A stretch of 64,000 nt of DNA from Octopus sinensis. Its lineage: Eukaryota. This document shows, one piece after another, positions 1-13,040 of the stretch; the first letter of the stretch is position 1; every line of letters starts with the position of its first letter. Location of the stretch: NCBI RefSeq assembly GCF_006345805.1, contig NC_043005.1, forward strand, positions 49,972,001-50,036,000, given 5' to 3'. The notes beneath the pieces are model-generated. The model ran no database searches, was not told the origin of the DNA, and saw only the letters and a program-made list of their open reading frames with translations. Position numbers and translations under genes: made by a program.

Positions 1-510
1 TTTCAGCTGGGAAAATTTCAAATAATTTCAAATTTCCTGGATCGCCCTGCACCGACTGGCTGCCCTGCTTTGTTGGTGCTACTTGCTGCATAAACACCCT
101 CGCATCATTTGTAAATAAAAGCAGGCCTTTCCAGTTTGTATTTTTTTCATTTATTATCATACCTTTTTTACTTTTAGCCCTAGTCATGGTTCCAATGCAT
201 AAAGGAAGTACTTCTCAGAGTGTAAAGCGTAAACACCATACATTGTCCATAGTTGAGCTGTTGAAAAAACTTGACAGCAGTGTGTCTGTGAAAAAATTGT
301 GTGAATTATATAACGTTGGATTTTCAACAGTTTATGACATTTCAAAAAAAGAAAAAAACACAGAAAGACTCTGTGTTACTCTGCTTTTTTGGCTAATATT
401 GAGTCAAAGAAGGAAAGCAATGAAGGCTGGTAAAATTGATAATCTGGTAAAATCACTAATCTGGCATTCTCCAGGTTCCAACAATGCCAGATAATCGGCA
501 ATTAACCGTA
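1..510 (+). mobile_element. pogo/Tigger-like DNA transposon remnant (CENP-B-type HTH N-terminus)
   Basis: ORF 186-494 begins KRKHHTLSIVELLKKLDSSVSVKKLCELYNVGFSTVYDISKKEK, resembling the Tigger/Jerky psq-type HTH, and then degenerates. It ends in a TIR-like ...gccagataatcggcaattaaccg-TA. Confidence 0.7.
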
Positions 511-1399
511 TGACAATAAAAATAAGGTTTGTCATAGTGGAATATCACCATCCCTCCTCCTCCTCCTCATCATCATCATCATTGTCATCATCAACAACAA
601 CAGCAATAAAATAAACAACAATATATATATTTTTTGGTTGAGTTAGTTTATTTCTTTGGCCCACTTCAGTATTTATTTATTTATTTATTATTTTTTTCTT
701 TTTTAACTTGTTCATTTTTTTTTTCTTCTCAGACAATATTCAAATAAGGTTTTTGTCTCTGTTGTGAGGGAAATTCTAATATCTGAATCAATGATAATAA
801 TAATAATAATAATAATAGTAATAATGATAATAGTAATAATAATAAAAATTCAAAATAAATACATAACCAAAAAAAAACATTGAAAAAATAAAATAACATG
901 TAGTCAATTCAATTGGAATGTCTCAGCATAAAAAAATGAAGGGTCTTTCCTTATTTTCCACCTCATCCTTCAACTTCTTTCACTTGCATCATCGTTCTAC
1001 CACTGTCTCCATCATTTCTTTCTACCCTCCATTTTTTCACCCCCCAACCCATTGATTCTCCCGTAAATACTCTTCAGCCTTTCTCCTTTTGTTCATTCAA
1101 ATGTTTCTTATCCTCTTCCTCCACCTCCAATTCGAACCACTTTTCTTTATTTATTTACTTCCGTCATCTGCCTCATCATCACATTTCCTCCTACTCTCAC
1201 TCTCGCACTCTCTGACTCTCTATCTATCTATCTATCTATCTATCTGTCTGTCTGTCTATCTGTCTGTCTATGGCAATCTCTGTGTATCATTCTTTAATTC
1301 TCTCTCTCTTTTTTTGTTTTTGTCCTTACATCACTTGATTTTTGCATTTTGATTAATAACTTTTCAAATTGCTGCATACATATTCATAACATTCATTAG

Positions 1400-1404
1400 T
1401 ATAT

Positions 1405-1444
<40 letters not shown>

Positions 1445-2766
1445 ATATCTATATATATATATCTATATATATATCAATATATATATAATATATATATATA
1501 TACATATATACATATATATATATACATATATATATACATATATATATATCAATATATCAATATATATATACACACACATGTATATGCATGTGTGTAAATG
1601 TATATATGTCCTTAGACATATAATATATATATATATGTATGTGTGAGTATCAATCCAATAGACATGAGTGTGAATATGTATCTTCATATGAATATATATT
1701 TATACACACATACTTACACATATCCATACATATATATATGTATGTATATATGTATGTATGTGTATATATAATATATATATATATAATATATATATATTAT
1801 ATATATATATATATATCTGTAGCTAGATGTATATGAATGTGTACATATAGATATATGTATATTATGTACATAAATATATGAATATATATATGTACACAGA
1901 AATACATAATACATATATGTATATATAGGTATATACAAAATACATACATACATATATATGTATATATATGTATGTATGTATGTGTGTATGTATGTGTGTA
2001 TGTATGTATGTATGTATGTATGTATGTATGTATGTATGTATGTATGTATGTATGTATGTATGCATGTGTATGCACAAATATATACATACATAAATACTTT
2101 TAAAGGTCTTCAAAAATTCATTCATATATGCACATAGAATTCTTAAATTCACATTGATCAAAATTTTCACTAATATTTTTCAGTACTTTGATTGTTATTT
2201 CAAACTTTCCATTTCTGTAATATTTTCTCTTCTAAAAAAGAAAACATATAATACTTTGTAAACATTTCTTTGATTATCTCTGTTTATTTTCACATTTTGA
2301 TAAAATTTAATTTATGTATATATATATATATATGTACATACATACATGTGTGTGTGTGTTTATGTGTACACATATATGTGTAAATATATGCGCATTTACC
2401 ACACCCCTGCAAACATAGATAAATACAAATAAGGATACACACACAAATATATATATATAAACACACACACATATATATATTCATATGTACATATGTATAT
2501 ATAATAGTATTGAACAGCGACTATGAGTGTTCAGCATTGCATTTGGTGGATAAATATTCCTTATTTGAGGATACACAGTAAATATTATACCAACTGTTTC
2601 ATGCTTATTATAATTCACAATTTTTCATGGATTCCAATTCAGCCTATTGTTAATTACAGCTATTTTGTATGGAAATTGACATCATTACCAACAACCTAAA
2701 TTGGAATACTTGAATAATTGTGAACATTTCTACACATGAAACAATTGGTAGTCTGTTTATTCACAA

Positions 2767-2805
<39 letters not shown>

Positions 2806-2915
2806 TGTGTATGTGTGTGTATGTATGCATATATATGTAAGTTTGTGTATGTATATATACATATATATATATAAAAGCATATATACATATGTATGCAAAT
2901 ATGTGTAGATTATGC

Positions 2916-2982
<67 letters not shown>

Positions 2983-3572
2983 TACATGTAAGTATATGTA
3001 TACATCTCTATATCTTTGGATGTATATATATATATATATACAACACACACACATATATATATATATGCATATGTGTGTGTGGTGTGTGTATGTATACAAA
3101 TACATGTACATATACACAAAAATATCCATATATAATTATATATATATATATATATATGTATGTATACAAATATACATATCTATATAAATTGAGGTGAATG
3201 TGTGTGTGTTAGTGGGTGTCTTGTTTCCCAAATGGAATAAATTGAACTTGATACATAAAGCAGAGTTTTCATTTTATTATTTTGTTAATCATGGCGAGGC
3301 AGTAACTTGGAGAAGAAGTGTTTTGTACCAATCCTGTTATGAAACATATGAGAAGCGCATTGTCAAGGATCTGTAAGCCATAGAGCAATATAATAATTTT
3401 GGCTAATATGACATAATATAATATATATACACATGTGTATATTTGTGTATACATGCATATAAATGCATTATATTATGTTATGTTATGTGAGGCGAAATAA
3501 TAATGTTGCTCCAAAGCTTACAGTCCCATGACAATGAGCTTCTGATACACACACACAGATATGTATGTATAC

Positions 3573-3611
<39 letters not shown>

Positions 3612-3724
3612 TATATGTATATATAGATATATATGTATATATATATACATGAATATATATATATTATATATACAAATATACATACATATATATATATGTA
3701 TTTGCACACACGTATATACATACA

Positions 3725-3777
<53 letters not shown>

Positions 3778-3802
3778 ATTCATAACTTATATACATATAC
3801 AC

Positions 3803-3841
<39 letters not shown>

Positions 3842-4202
3842 TTTATGTATGCATGTATATTTGTGTACATTGGAATTGGGTGCTGCATACTGGGGTGGTG
3901 TGGAGGAAAACAATTTTCATATTAAGTTTACTAAAGACAAGAAATAAAACAAGCATACACACCCATTTTACAATTTCTGTTCTTCTGCATCCGTAAATGT
4001 ATTTGGTTATATTTAAATATGTACATTCAGAATCAATGAGTAGCATTGGTGGAGAGTGATTGTAGTGATACTATGTGGGTGTGAACAAATGAATAAAAAA
4101 TACTCATATAAAATAAAAGCTGTTCCATAAACAAACAAAAAAAAATACAATCACTCAAACAAATCGCTTCTAGTTAGTGCTGATTTCTCTTTGATTTTTC
4201 TT

Positions 4203-4248
<46 letters not shown>

Positions 4249-4284
4249 TATATATATATACATATATATATGGGTGTGTGCATG

Positions 4285-4317
<33 letters not shown>

Positions 4318-4639
4318 GTTTTTGTAACATGAAAAAGAAACTTGCCTTTGTGTATACATATGCATACATTGTATTACGTAGTTACATACATGAGTATAAA
4401 TATGTGTATGTATACACTTGCGTATAATATGCACATACCCATCCTCACATATGCGCACATGCATATATATCTATACACACATATATATATGTATGGGTGT
4501 GTGTATGTATGTATGAATAAATATATATTTATGCCCATGTGTGTATATATATATGTATGTATACTCATATATATATATACACATACGTGCATATATGCAT
4601 ATTTCAATATTTATATATATATGTATGAACAGACATTGC

Positions 4640-4702
<63 letters not shown>

Positions 4703-4790
4703 AACACACACATAAAAGTATATGTACATATGTCTATATGTATGTATATATATGTATATATATGTCTATATATATATATATATATACATG

Positions 4791-4830
<40 letters not shown>
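1400..4830. repeat. Compound (TA)n/(TATG)n/(CA)n microsatellite field
   Basis: Visible dinucleotide and tetranucleotide runs at about 1400-2090, 2320-2500, 2770-3190, 3560-3850 and 4200-4830. Confidence 0.95.
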
Positions 4831-4832
<2 letters not shown>

Positions 4833-4942
4833 TTTCATTTTTATTTAATTGCTAGATATTTTTGCTCAACATTACACTTCAGAATTCCCCACTTGCCTTC
4901 ACCATCTACCCCATACAATGGATTATCTTTTATCTCCTGTTT

Positions 4943-4949
4943 ATCATCG

Positions 4950-5008
<59 letters not shown>

Positions 5009-5011
5009 GTT

Positions 5012-5046
<35 letters not shown>

Positions 5047-5078
5047 AATAATAATAATCATAATCATCATAATCATCT
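4943..5078. repeat. (CAT)n/(AAT)n trinucleotide microsatellite
   Basis: More than 30 CAT units. This is the source of the poly-His, poly-Ile and poly-Met ORFs. Confidence 0.95.
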
Positions 5079-5459
5079 TCAGGATTATGTCTGTTTTTTT
5101 TTTAAACCTTGATCGTGTTTTTTTCTTATAAGTCATTATTATGTTCCACCTTTATCACCATCATCATGAATATCATCATTATCATTTTTATCAACATTAT
5201 AAATTCATCATCATCATTATCATTGTAACTTGAGAGAAAAAAATGACATGTTTTTTTCTTTTTTGCATGTAATTAAGAAAACGGTTAACCCTCTCCATTT
5301 ATTTAATTTTATCTTTCTTCCCTTCTTCATTTTCTTTTTCTTCCTTTTTTCTTTCTTTTTCTTTCTTTTTTTTTACTTTTCCTCCTCCCGCTTCTTCCCC
5401 TCCTCCTACTCCTTTTTTTTCTCTCTTTTTTTGTCGTGTTTTGAAACATTATTACCATG

Positions 5460-5499
<40 letters not shown>

Positions 5500-5640
5500 T
5501 TTCCAAGTAGAATTTTTCTTTTGTTTTTTTTTTATATATGTATGTTTATACGGGGGGGGGGGAGAGGGATGGTTGTGTAGCAGTGTCAGTTATCAACACC
5601 ATGTTTTCACAACCTTCATACCTTCCCAACTTATAACTGC

Positions 5641-6265
5641 TGTGCTTACTGAACAAAATTTGGGTGTTTACTGAACAAAAATCTGTGTGTGTTCACTAAA
5701 CAATATTTAGGATATTTCCATAACAAAATTCAGAGATTTCACTGAACAATACCAGAATGTTCACTGACATAAAAAAATACAATAAACAAAATAGGATATT
5801 CTTAGTTAAAAAAGCCACAAGTATTTTCATCAAATTGTATCAGGATGTCCACTAAAATGTATCAGGGTGTTTATTAAATATCATTATGTTCACTAAACAA
5901 AATTAATGAATGAAATAAAGGCATTCTCTTAATGGAACTTGGATGTTCACTAAACAATAGCAGGAGGTTCTCTACATTAAGTCAGTGTTCACTCAACAAA
6001 ATCTAGGTACTTACTGAAAAAAAACTAGGCTGTCCACTAAAAAAAAATCAAGTGTGTCCATTGAAAAATTTCCAGTGTACACTGGAAAAAAATTCAAGTT
6101 GTTTACTGAACACAATCACTGATAAACAAAATGAGTATTTATGAAATAGAACTGGAGTGTTCACTGAACAAAATTTGGATGTTTACTAAAAAAAAAAAAA
6201 TCATAGTGATTGTTTGAAGAAAGTTAGGTGTTTGTCAAAGAAAATGAAGTTGTTCAGTGAACAGA
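5641..6265. repeat. Degenerate minisatellite, unit about 23-25 bp (core TGTTCACTGAACAAAA)
   Basis: Recurring tgttcactgaacaaaat / tgtttactgaacaaaa / tgtccactaaaa units, roughly 20 or more copies. Confidence 0.75.
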
Positions 6266-7729
6266 AATTAGATGCTAGTGTAGGGTGTGTCCTATGTTTA
6301 TAGGTTATTGTTATTTTTGTTTGTTTTGATTTTTTTATAGTTTTTCTTAAAGTATAATTATTGTCATATTTTAAGTTTGATATTCACACACACATGCATG
6401 CACACACACACGTATACATACACCCTTACATATATGTATGCATGTACTGTATAAACATGAAAATGCACTTACATGTACCAACATATTTATTTACATGCAT
6501 ACCTACATACATAAATATTTATCACACACATATATATATATCACACATAAATACACATAAATATGAGAATAAAATTACTAGAATTTACAAAGCCAAAGTG
6601 ATGGTTTGCATTGGTGAAAAGTAATATGGTAAGAACCAAAAATGGAGTCATATTATATTTCTGTGAGTGGAAAAAATATCTAATAATTTAAACAGTGATC
6701 TTCCATAATGAAATGGATGGCTTTGATACCTGATCTGTGACTGAAACATTTAGATATTGGCTTTCCATTTAGACATAAATTATGTGTCTTGAGTGCCAAA
6801 CTGCACAGCTCACAATTTTGACAATTAAACCAGCTGCTGAATAACAGAATGTGTGGTATTGATTTCTAAGATAGGCACAAGGTTTCAACCTATAAGGGAT
6901 GATGGGTGCAGTCAATTATATCAGCCCAAGTACTCAAATTGTGCTTATTTTTTTGGCTTGTAGTTTCAGATTAAAGGCAAAGTTGACTTTGGCAAGATTT
7001 GAACTCAGAATGTAAGGGTACAATATGTAGAGGATTTTTGTTTTGTTTTTGCCTGTTATCTCTCTGCTGTTTGTGTCAATCCACTACTACCCATTAATAT
7101 GCAGCATTGGTGGTTCCAGATTAGACTAGGCTGAAGTGTGGCAACAAGAACCCAAGACATACATAGTTTCGTAATTTGGTTGGGCTTCTCTATGCCAAGG
7201 TGCAACCTGCTTGAGTAAGGTTTACTCATGTGACAACCCAGTAACAAAAGCAATAGCAAAAAACAACAACAACAACAGCACCACAACCTCAAAAACAACT
7301 TCTGAATTGACTATTATAACCGTTGTGACAACAGCAGGAATAACAGCACACACACACACATGAACCTTTACATCCACTAATAGACACACATACATACACA
7401 AAACTAAAAGAATAATTACAAATGTATTGATAAAAATTAGTAAAATATGAAACAAAATATACCAAGTAAGTGCCTCCCTACTTTAGAATGGCCAAAATAA
7501 ACTGGCTGAATCAAGAAAGGAATAAAAAGACATAAATAAACCTTAGAATATTTACCAGATAAAAGATTCTAAGTGAACCCAAGTTGTCAGCTGCTGTCAA
7601 GAAATTATAATAAAACTTATCACAGGTGCTCACTAATTATGTATCAGTGAAACTTGTGTAAAGGAGGAAATAACAAGATTAATCACTCTTGTTTTCTCTT
7701 GTTACTTAATCCTGATATATATTCTAAGC

Positions 7730-8045
7730 AGAGGTGCATGGCTTAGTAGTCAAGGTACTTGGCTCACAATCGTAAGGTCATGACTTCAGTTCCTGGTGAT
7801 GCAAGGTGTCCTTGAGGAAGACACTTTATTTCACATTTCTCCAATCCACTCAGCTGGAAAAAATGAGTAGTACCTATTATTCAAAAGGCCAGCCTTGTCA
7901 CATTCTGTTTCAAGCTAAATCTCCCCGAGAACTACATTCAGGGTGTACCATGTTTGTGGCTGGTTCAGCCACTTGAATGTTAGTTTCATGCACTGTTCCG
8001 TAGATTGGATGAACTAGAACCTGTATCATCTTATCCAACAGATTG
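7730..8045 (+). mobile_element. tRNA-derived SINE, family B
   Basis: Head gaggtgcatggcttagtagtcaagg, CORE-like gtgtccttgaggaagacacttt, then ccactcagctgg. Homologous copies at about 12703, 19800, 22555, 41078, 43520, 49193, 50672, 53852 and 62280. Confidence 0.8.
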
Positions 8046-8365
8046 TCAGTTTTAAAAAATATTTTATGGATGCTACAGTCTGTACATCTGCATCATATTA
8101 TTATGCGCATAGCAATATGATTATATTTTGTGGATGTAAGCAGTAGAGTGCAGTAGACCATATGGTGCTCTAAATGAATGATCATATGCCAGGCCTTATC
8201 TAGGCTCATCAATAACAAATATATAGATGTATCATGGGCCTAAGAATCGGAGGTGTCTCTGTAAAGAATATTTCATAAATTTGAACTCTGGGTGGTACTC
8301 TATTTTATTTTATACAACTTGTATTGAAATGTTTTTTAATCTTTGCCTATTGGAATGGACCTATC

Positions 8366-8434
<69 letters not shown>

Positions 8435-8460
8435 TTTATTTAAAAGCAGCAGAAATATAA

Positions 8461-8509
8461 CAAAAGCTGTTACTCAGAGTTTCACGTTCCCGTTTGTCGG
8501 ACAGTTTTG
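8461..8509 (-). ncRNA. Degenerate type-I hammerhead motif in a Penelope-like terminal repeat
   Basis: Minus strand: AAAACUGU-CCGACAA-ACG(GGAA)CGU-GAAAC-UCUGA-GUA-ACAGCUUU. The core is altered. The same family occurs at 39230-39440 and 60445-60510. Confidence 0.55.
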
Positions 8510-8585
8510 TTAAAGCATATTACTCTACCTCTGGTATTTGAGTACTTTTTTTCCCACCTTGTTTCACATTTATGTGCTTACTCCC

Positions 8586-8632
<47 letters not shown>

Positions 8633-9034
8633 GTACACATATATATTTATCTATATGTGTATATATGAATAATCAACAGGGAAATTCATTATGTATATAT
8701 ATATATATGTATAAAACATATAATATAATATATTTAATGTATAATATTTATAATTATTATTATTAATAGCAGTGCTGCATCACTGATGACTGAGCTTTGG
8801 GATCAGGTTGTGCCACTTTCAAAGCTATATCATCTATTGATTGTCCTTCTATCTGTCATTTGTATAGGTTAGGCCCTCATTGTATAAAAAGCTGTTTTTC
8901 TTCTATAGCAAAAATACGTAAACATTGCAAGTGAGAGGTGTTAGCCATCTCAGTTATCGTGTGCATTATATATATGTGAGTATGTTAGTGTTTCTTTTTG
9001 CGTCAAGTTATTGTAAACACAAGAATGGCATTGC

Positions 9035-9077
9035 TAGTGACTTTGAAGTTTTGGCCTTCTTAGCCTTCATTAGACTG
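9035..9077 (-). ncRNA. Decayed type-I hammerhead motif
   Basis: Minus strand: CAGU-CUAAUGA-A-GGCU(AAGAA)GGCC-AAAAC-UUCAAA-GUC-ACUA. It differs from an ideal core by three G>A changes. Confidence 0.55.
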
Positions 9078-9203
9078 TTGCAAGCATATGTGTATATATG
9101 TGTGTGTGTGTGTGTGTGTATGTGTGTGTGTGTGTGTGTGTGTGTAGTGTCTTTAAACACTTTCCGGGGATCAGTATTTGAATATTTCCCATGAAGAGAG
9201 TTT

Positions 9204-9243
<40 letters not shown>

Positions 9244-10178
9244 TGTATTCAAAATCCTTAGATGTAGGCATGGCTAAGGACTTAAGAAGCTCACTTTTCA
9301 ATCCCACTGCATGGTATCTTGAGAAAGTGTCTTTTACCATATTTTAGAGTTAACCCAAACCCTGTAAGTGAAATTGGGCCTACAGAAACTATATGGAAGC
9401 CCATTGGATGGACTATATCTGTAATTTAAAAGTCCGGCCTTGTCTCAAATTGCATCATACTAACTCTGTCTTGAGTATTACATTAATGACATGCATGTCT
9501 GTGGAATACATGCCCCTTATACATTAATTTAATGAGTAGGTAATTAGTTGATAGAATAATTAATCAGTTGATAGAATAATTGGGTGCTCATTTGCTAAAC
9601 CTGATGGAGAATCCATTATATCTCTGCATGCTTAATGTAGAAAGTAACCATTTCTTTCTGAAAATTCCTTACTCTTTCCTTATTATAGACAGAATAAGAA
9701 TCATATGGCTTTATGCTCCTGAATCATATTAATCAAATGATATTCTGCTTTGAAACCACAACAAAAATAGATTTCTGTGGTCAGAAAACAACTGCTGCAT
9801 TGAAATGAATGTTTCTAATTTATGAGGCCCAGATTGGAATCTCTTGCAGATGTAATGGTTTGAGTTCTCAAAAAGGGTGAGAACATATCTGACATGTTTT
9901 AAGAGACATGTCCCAAATCTGTATCACATACACACTTACTTGTACAATGAAGCACACACTCGAACACTCACATACTCGTGTGCATGTGTTTGATCAAATA
10001 TGCACACAAGCGTGCGCAAACACAAATGCACAAACAACTATACATACTCATGCTCTTTCTCTCTATTTCTCTCTTTTTCTCCCCACCTTACACATGTATG
10101 CATATGTAGATATATATTTATAAATACAATGAAATGTTCTTTTTTTTTTAATATTTGAAACATTACAAGGGATCTTAC

Positions 10179-10184
10179 TTTATT
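10179..10184 (-). terminator. Possible polyadenylation signal (AATAAA) for the RhoGAP transcript
   Basis: AATAAA on the minus strand about 1.5 kb after the stop at 11650, in non-repeat sequence. Such hexamers are common in AT-rich DNA. Confidence 0.2.
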
Positions 10185-10414
10185 TTCCATAAAACTTATA
10201 AAACAAAAATATAATATCTAAGCTTGCAATCTTGTTATCAGTTACGACAAACATATCTCCCTCCCCCTCCCCTACAGAAACAAACGAAACAGGAAACCTT
10301 GCTCACAAAGGGTTAATAGAGGTAAAATATATTTCAATAAAAGAAACGAAAAACCAGTACAAGATGGAGAAAGAGGAGGAAGATGGAAAGTTAAAGGAAT
10401 ATACCTACTGATAT

Positions 10415-10636
10415 TAATTTTAAATTCCAGGACAAGGCCAACAATTTTGGAAAAGGTGTTAAATCAATTACATCGATCCCAGTGCTTAACTGGTACTTAT
10501 TTTATTGACTCCAAAAGGATGAAAAGCAAAGTCAACCTCGGCAGAATTTGAACTCAGAACATAAAGATAAATGAAATTGCCACTAAGCATTTTGTCTGGC
10601 TGGCATGCTAATGATTCTGCCAGTTTGGCTGCCTTA
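10415..10636 (-). mobile_element. SINE family C (Nin/Deu-like central domain)
   Basis: Reverse complement of gagttcaaattctgccgaggttgactttgcttttcatccttttggagtcaataaaataagtaccag. Flanked by a 17-bp near-direct repeat (10401-10417 and 10684-10700). Confidence 0.8.
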
Positions 10637-10917
10637 CATATCTATTGACATGTTTTAAGAGACATGTCCTAAATCTGTATCACATATCTACTGATATTAA
10701 GATTACATACATTGTTATATACATGCATACATAAATACATACATAGTGGAGCTGTGACAATGTGAGGTGAAAACTGCAGTGGTTTAAAACCAACTAAAGA
10801 ACAAGTAACCAAAATAAACACGACAGACATTCATACATATATACAAACACACACACACATGTATATATACATTAATAATATGCACTACGTATTAAGAGAT
10901 TACACAGTCACATATTC

Positions 10918-10952
<35 letters not shown>

Positions 10953-11234
10953 AATATATTAATACACATGTATAAATATCATCAGTGATACAAGCACATA
11001 CGATTACTCACACACACACTACATGCATACATGTATACATTCACACACACACACACGAGTATATGTGTGTATGTATGGGCGTATGTGTGTGCGCGTGTGT
11101 GTATGTAATTATATATATATATTTATATATATATATATATAGTTATATCTTCTCTTTCTCTCTCTCTCAATTTATTTATCTTTATGTATGTATATGCACA
11201 TCTGCGCACGTGTGTCTATATTTATATGTATGTG

Positions 11235-11271
<37 letters not shown>

Positions 11272-11649
11272 GTATATGATTGTGAATCATAGAACAGATT
11301 TTGAAAAATTTAAGTAGGGAGTATTGAGTTTTTGGCACTCATATTAACTCAAATTAATATTCACACACATATACACACACATGTACAGGTACATGTATAT
11401 AGACTCACATGCACATAGATGCAGTAAATACATGTACTTTCATGTGGTATTGTGTTTACTAGCGACACCCATAATTTGTAGCAGCAACAGCAACAGCAGC
11501 AGCAGTAGGGGAGGCACAACTCCAATTCCTCAGGCTTTTCTACCTTCCTACAACACCCCCCCACTTCTTTAATGTAAGTTGTAAGACCGTTTTCTCCTAT
11601 AGTTGGGGAAGGCGGAGCTGTGGTGAAAATTTCTACATTCAGCTGTCTC

Positions 11650-11795
11650 CTAGAGGCTTGGGTCAGCTCCGCCTGCATCTGTGTGTTCCTTACTAGTTTC
11701 TTCATTGGGGGCTTGTACCTCTGAAGTTGTTGGTTTCTGTGACGGTCTCGAGTCCAAAGTAGGAGGAGTCATTTCAGTTGATGGTGTTGAACAAA
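11650..11795 (-). CDS. SYDE1: Probable terminal coding exon of the SYDE/Syd-1 RhoGAP gene
   Basis: Strong acceptor ttattcttttttgtctttcttctag. In phase 1, matching the upstream exon, it reads (I)CSTPSTEMTPPTLDSRPSQKPTTSEVQAPNEETSKEHTDAGGADPSL-TAG. It is a unique, GC-richer island among repeats. Linkage to the 59823 exon is inferred from strand and phase. Confidence 0.7.
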
Positions 11796-12050
11796 CTAGA
11801 AGAAAGACAAAAAAGAATAAAAAAGGAAATATTGAATAATCATAACAAAAATAATATCTTTAACAGTAGGATTAATAACAATAATTGTTTCTAACATAGG
11901 TATCATGCTAAAAATTTGGAGGGAAAAAAATAGTCAATAACCATATTTGATGGCATCTAGCAGTGATTCTCAACTGAGATACTTGGGGATCCATATAAGA
12001 TTTTGGTGTTAAAATTCAATGCACAGGCAAGTCTAGGCACATTGTAGCTA

Positions 12051-12673
12051 GGTGTAGGCATGGCTGTGTGGTAAGAAGCTTGCTTTCCAACCACATGGTT
12101 CTGGATTCAGTCACACTGTGTGGCACATTGGGAAAGTGTCTTCTACTATAGCCTTGGACTGAGCAAAGCTTTGTAAGCAGATTCAATGGATGGAAACTTA
12201 AAGAAGCCTGTCATATAAACATATATCCCTCTCTGTTAAGAGGCATATATATATATATCAATTTAAATTTAAAATATAAATTTTAAATATTTAAATTTAA
12301 ATAGCTATGTTCTCTAACCAGCAAAATTCACTGCAGAGAATTATTTTCTGCAGAAATATTTCTGGTAGTTTGGTGCACCAGAACGAAGGCTTTTGAAAAG
12401 TGACTCCAATTGTAAATGGTAGAACTGTATACATATTCAATCTCATGCGGACGTCTCATGTATAGTCCTGCAAATTATAGTTGCTAAGATGATCACACTG
12501 ACGAGTTTGCGGATGATTACGTAAATGATTACATATATTGGCAAAAGAGACTGATAGTATAAGTACCAGGCTTACAAAAGAAATACTGAGATCAATTTAT
12601 TCAACTAAAATTTCAAAGTAGTGCTGCAGCATGACCACAGTCTAATGACTGAAACAAGTAAGAGATAAAAGAT
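12051..12673 (+). mobile_element. tRNA-derived SINE, family A (interrupted)
   Basis: Head ggcatggctgtgtggtaagaagcttgc...ggattcagtcacactg, tail ...atgactgaaacaagtaagag. About 300 bp of foreign sequence is inserted at roughly 12225-12535. Confidence 0.8.
12494..12535 (+). ncRNA. Degenerate hammerhead motif
   Basis: CUGACGA-GUUUGCG(GAUGAUUA)CGUAAAU-GAUUAC. The 5' core and a 7-bp stem II are intact, GAAA is mutated, and the 3' part is truncated. Confidence 0.4.
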
Positions 12674-12702
12674 AGCAGATAATAAATCGGTTATACTTCT
12701 AA

Positions 12703-12962
12703 GCATAAGCATCCTTGTTGAGTCCTACGGACTCATAAGGGCCAGTTTTCCGGTTTCCACAGCATATATATATATATTTACCTACTGGATGGGATGTCAG
12801 TCTGCTGCAGGATTACTCATTTTTGCCAGCTGAGTGGACTGGAGCAACGTGAAAGGAAGTGTTTTGCTCAAAAGCACAAAGCATTGCCCAGCCCAGGAAT
12901 TGAAACCACAATCTTATGAAAATGAGCCCAACACCCTAACCACTAGGCCACAAGCCTCCACA
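12703..12962 (-). mobile_element. tRNA-derived SINE, family B
   Basis: Reverse-complement family B copy flanked by the TSD gttatactt (12690-12698 and 12964-12972). Confidence 0.8.
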
Positions 12963-13040
12963 AGTTATACTTTTATAACACACAAAATATTTTAGCAATT
13001 AATTTTATACAATTCCTAATAATATTCAGTTATAAAACTG

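Noticed and set aside
1089-5136. Many ORFs rich in YI/HT/CV or poly-His/Ile/Met (also at 22757-23089, 38543-40019, 47929-48815, 52450-53376, 60022-60588)
   Set aside because: They are translations of (TA)n, (CA)n, (TATG)n and (CAT)n microsatellites that lack stops by composition. There is no domain or splice support.
11361-11705. 114-aa minus-strand ORF overlapping the terminal exon
   Set aside because: It is in a different frame from the phase-1 spliced reading and runs into (CTG)n and (TG)n repeats, so it is probably 3' UTR.
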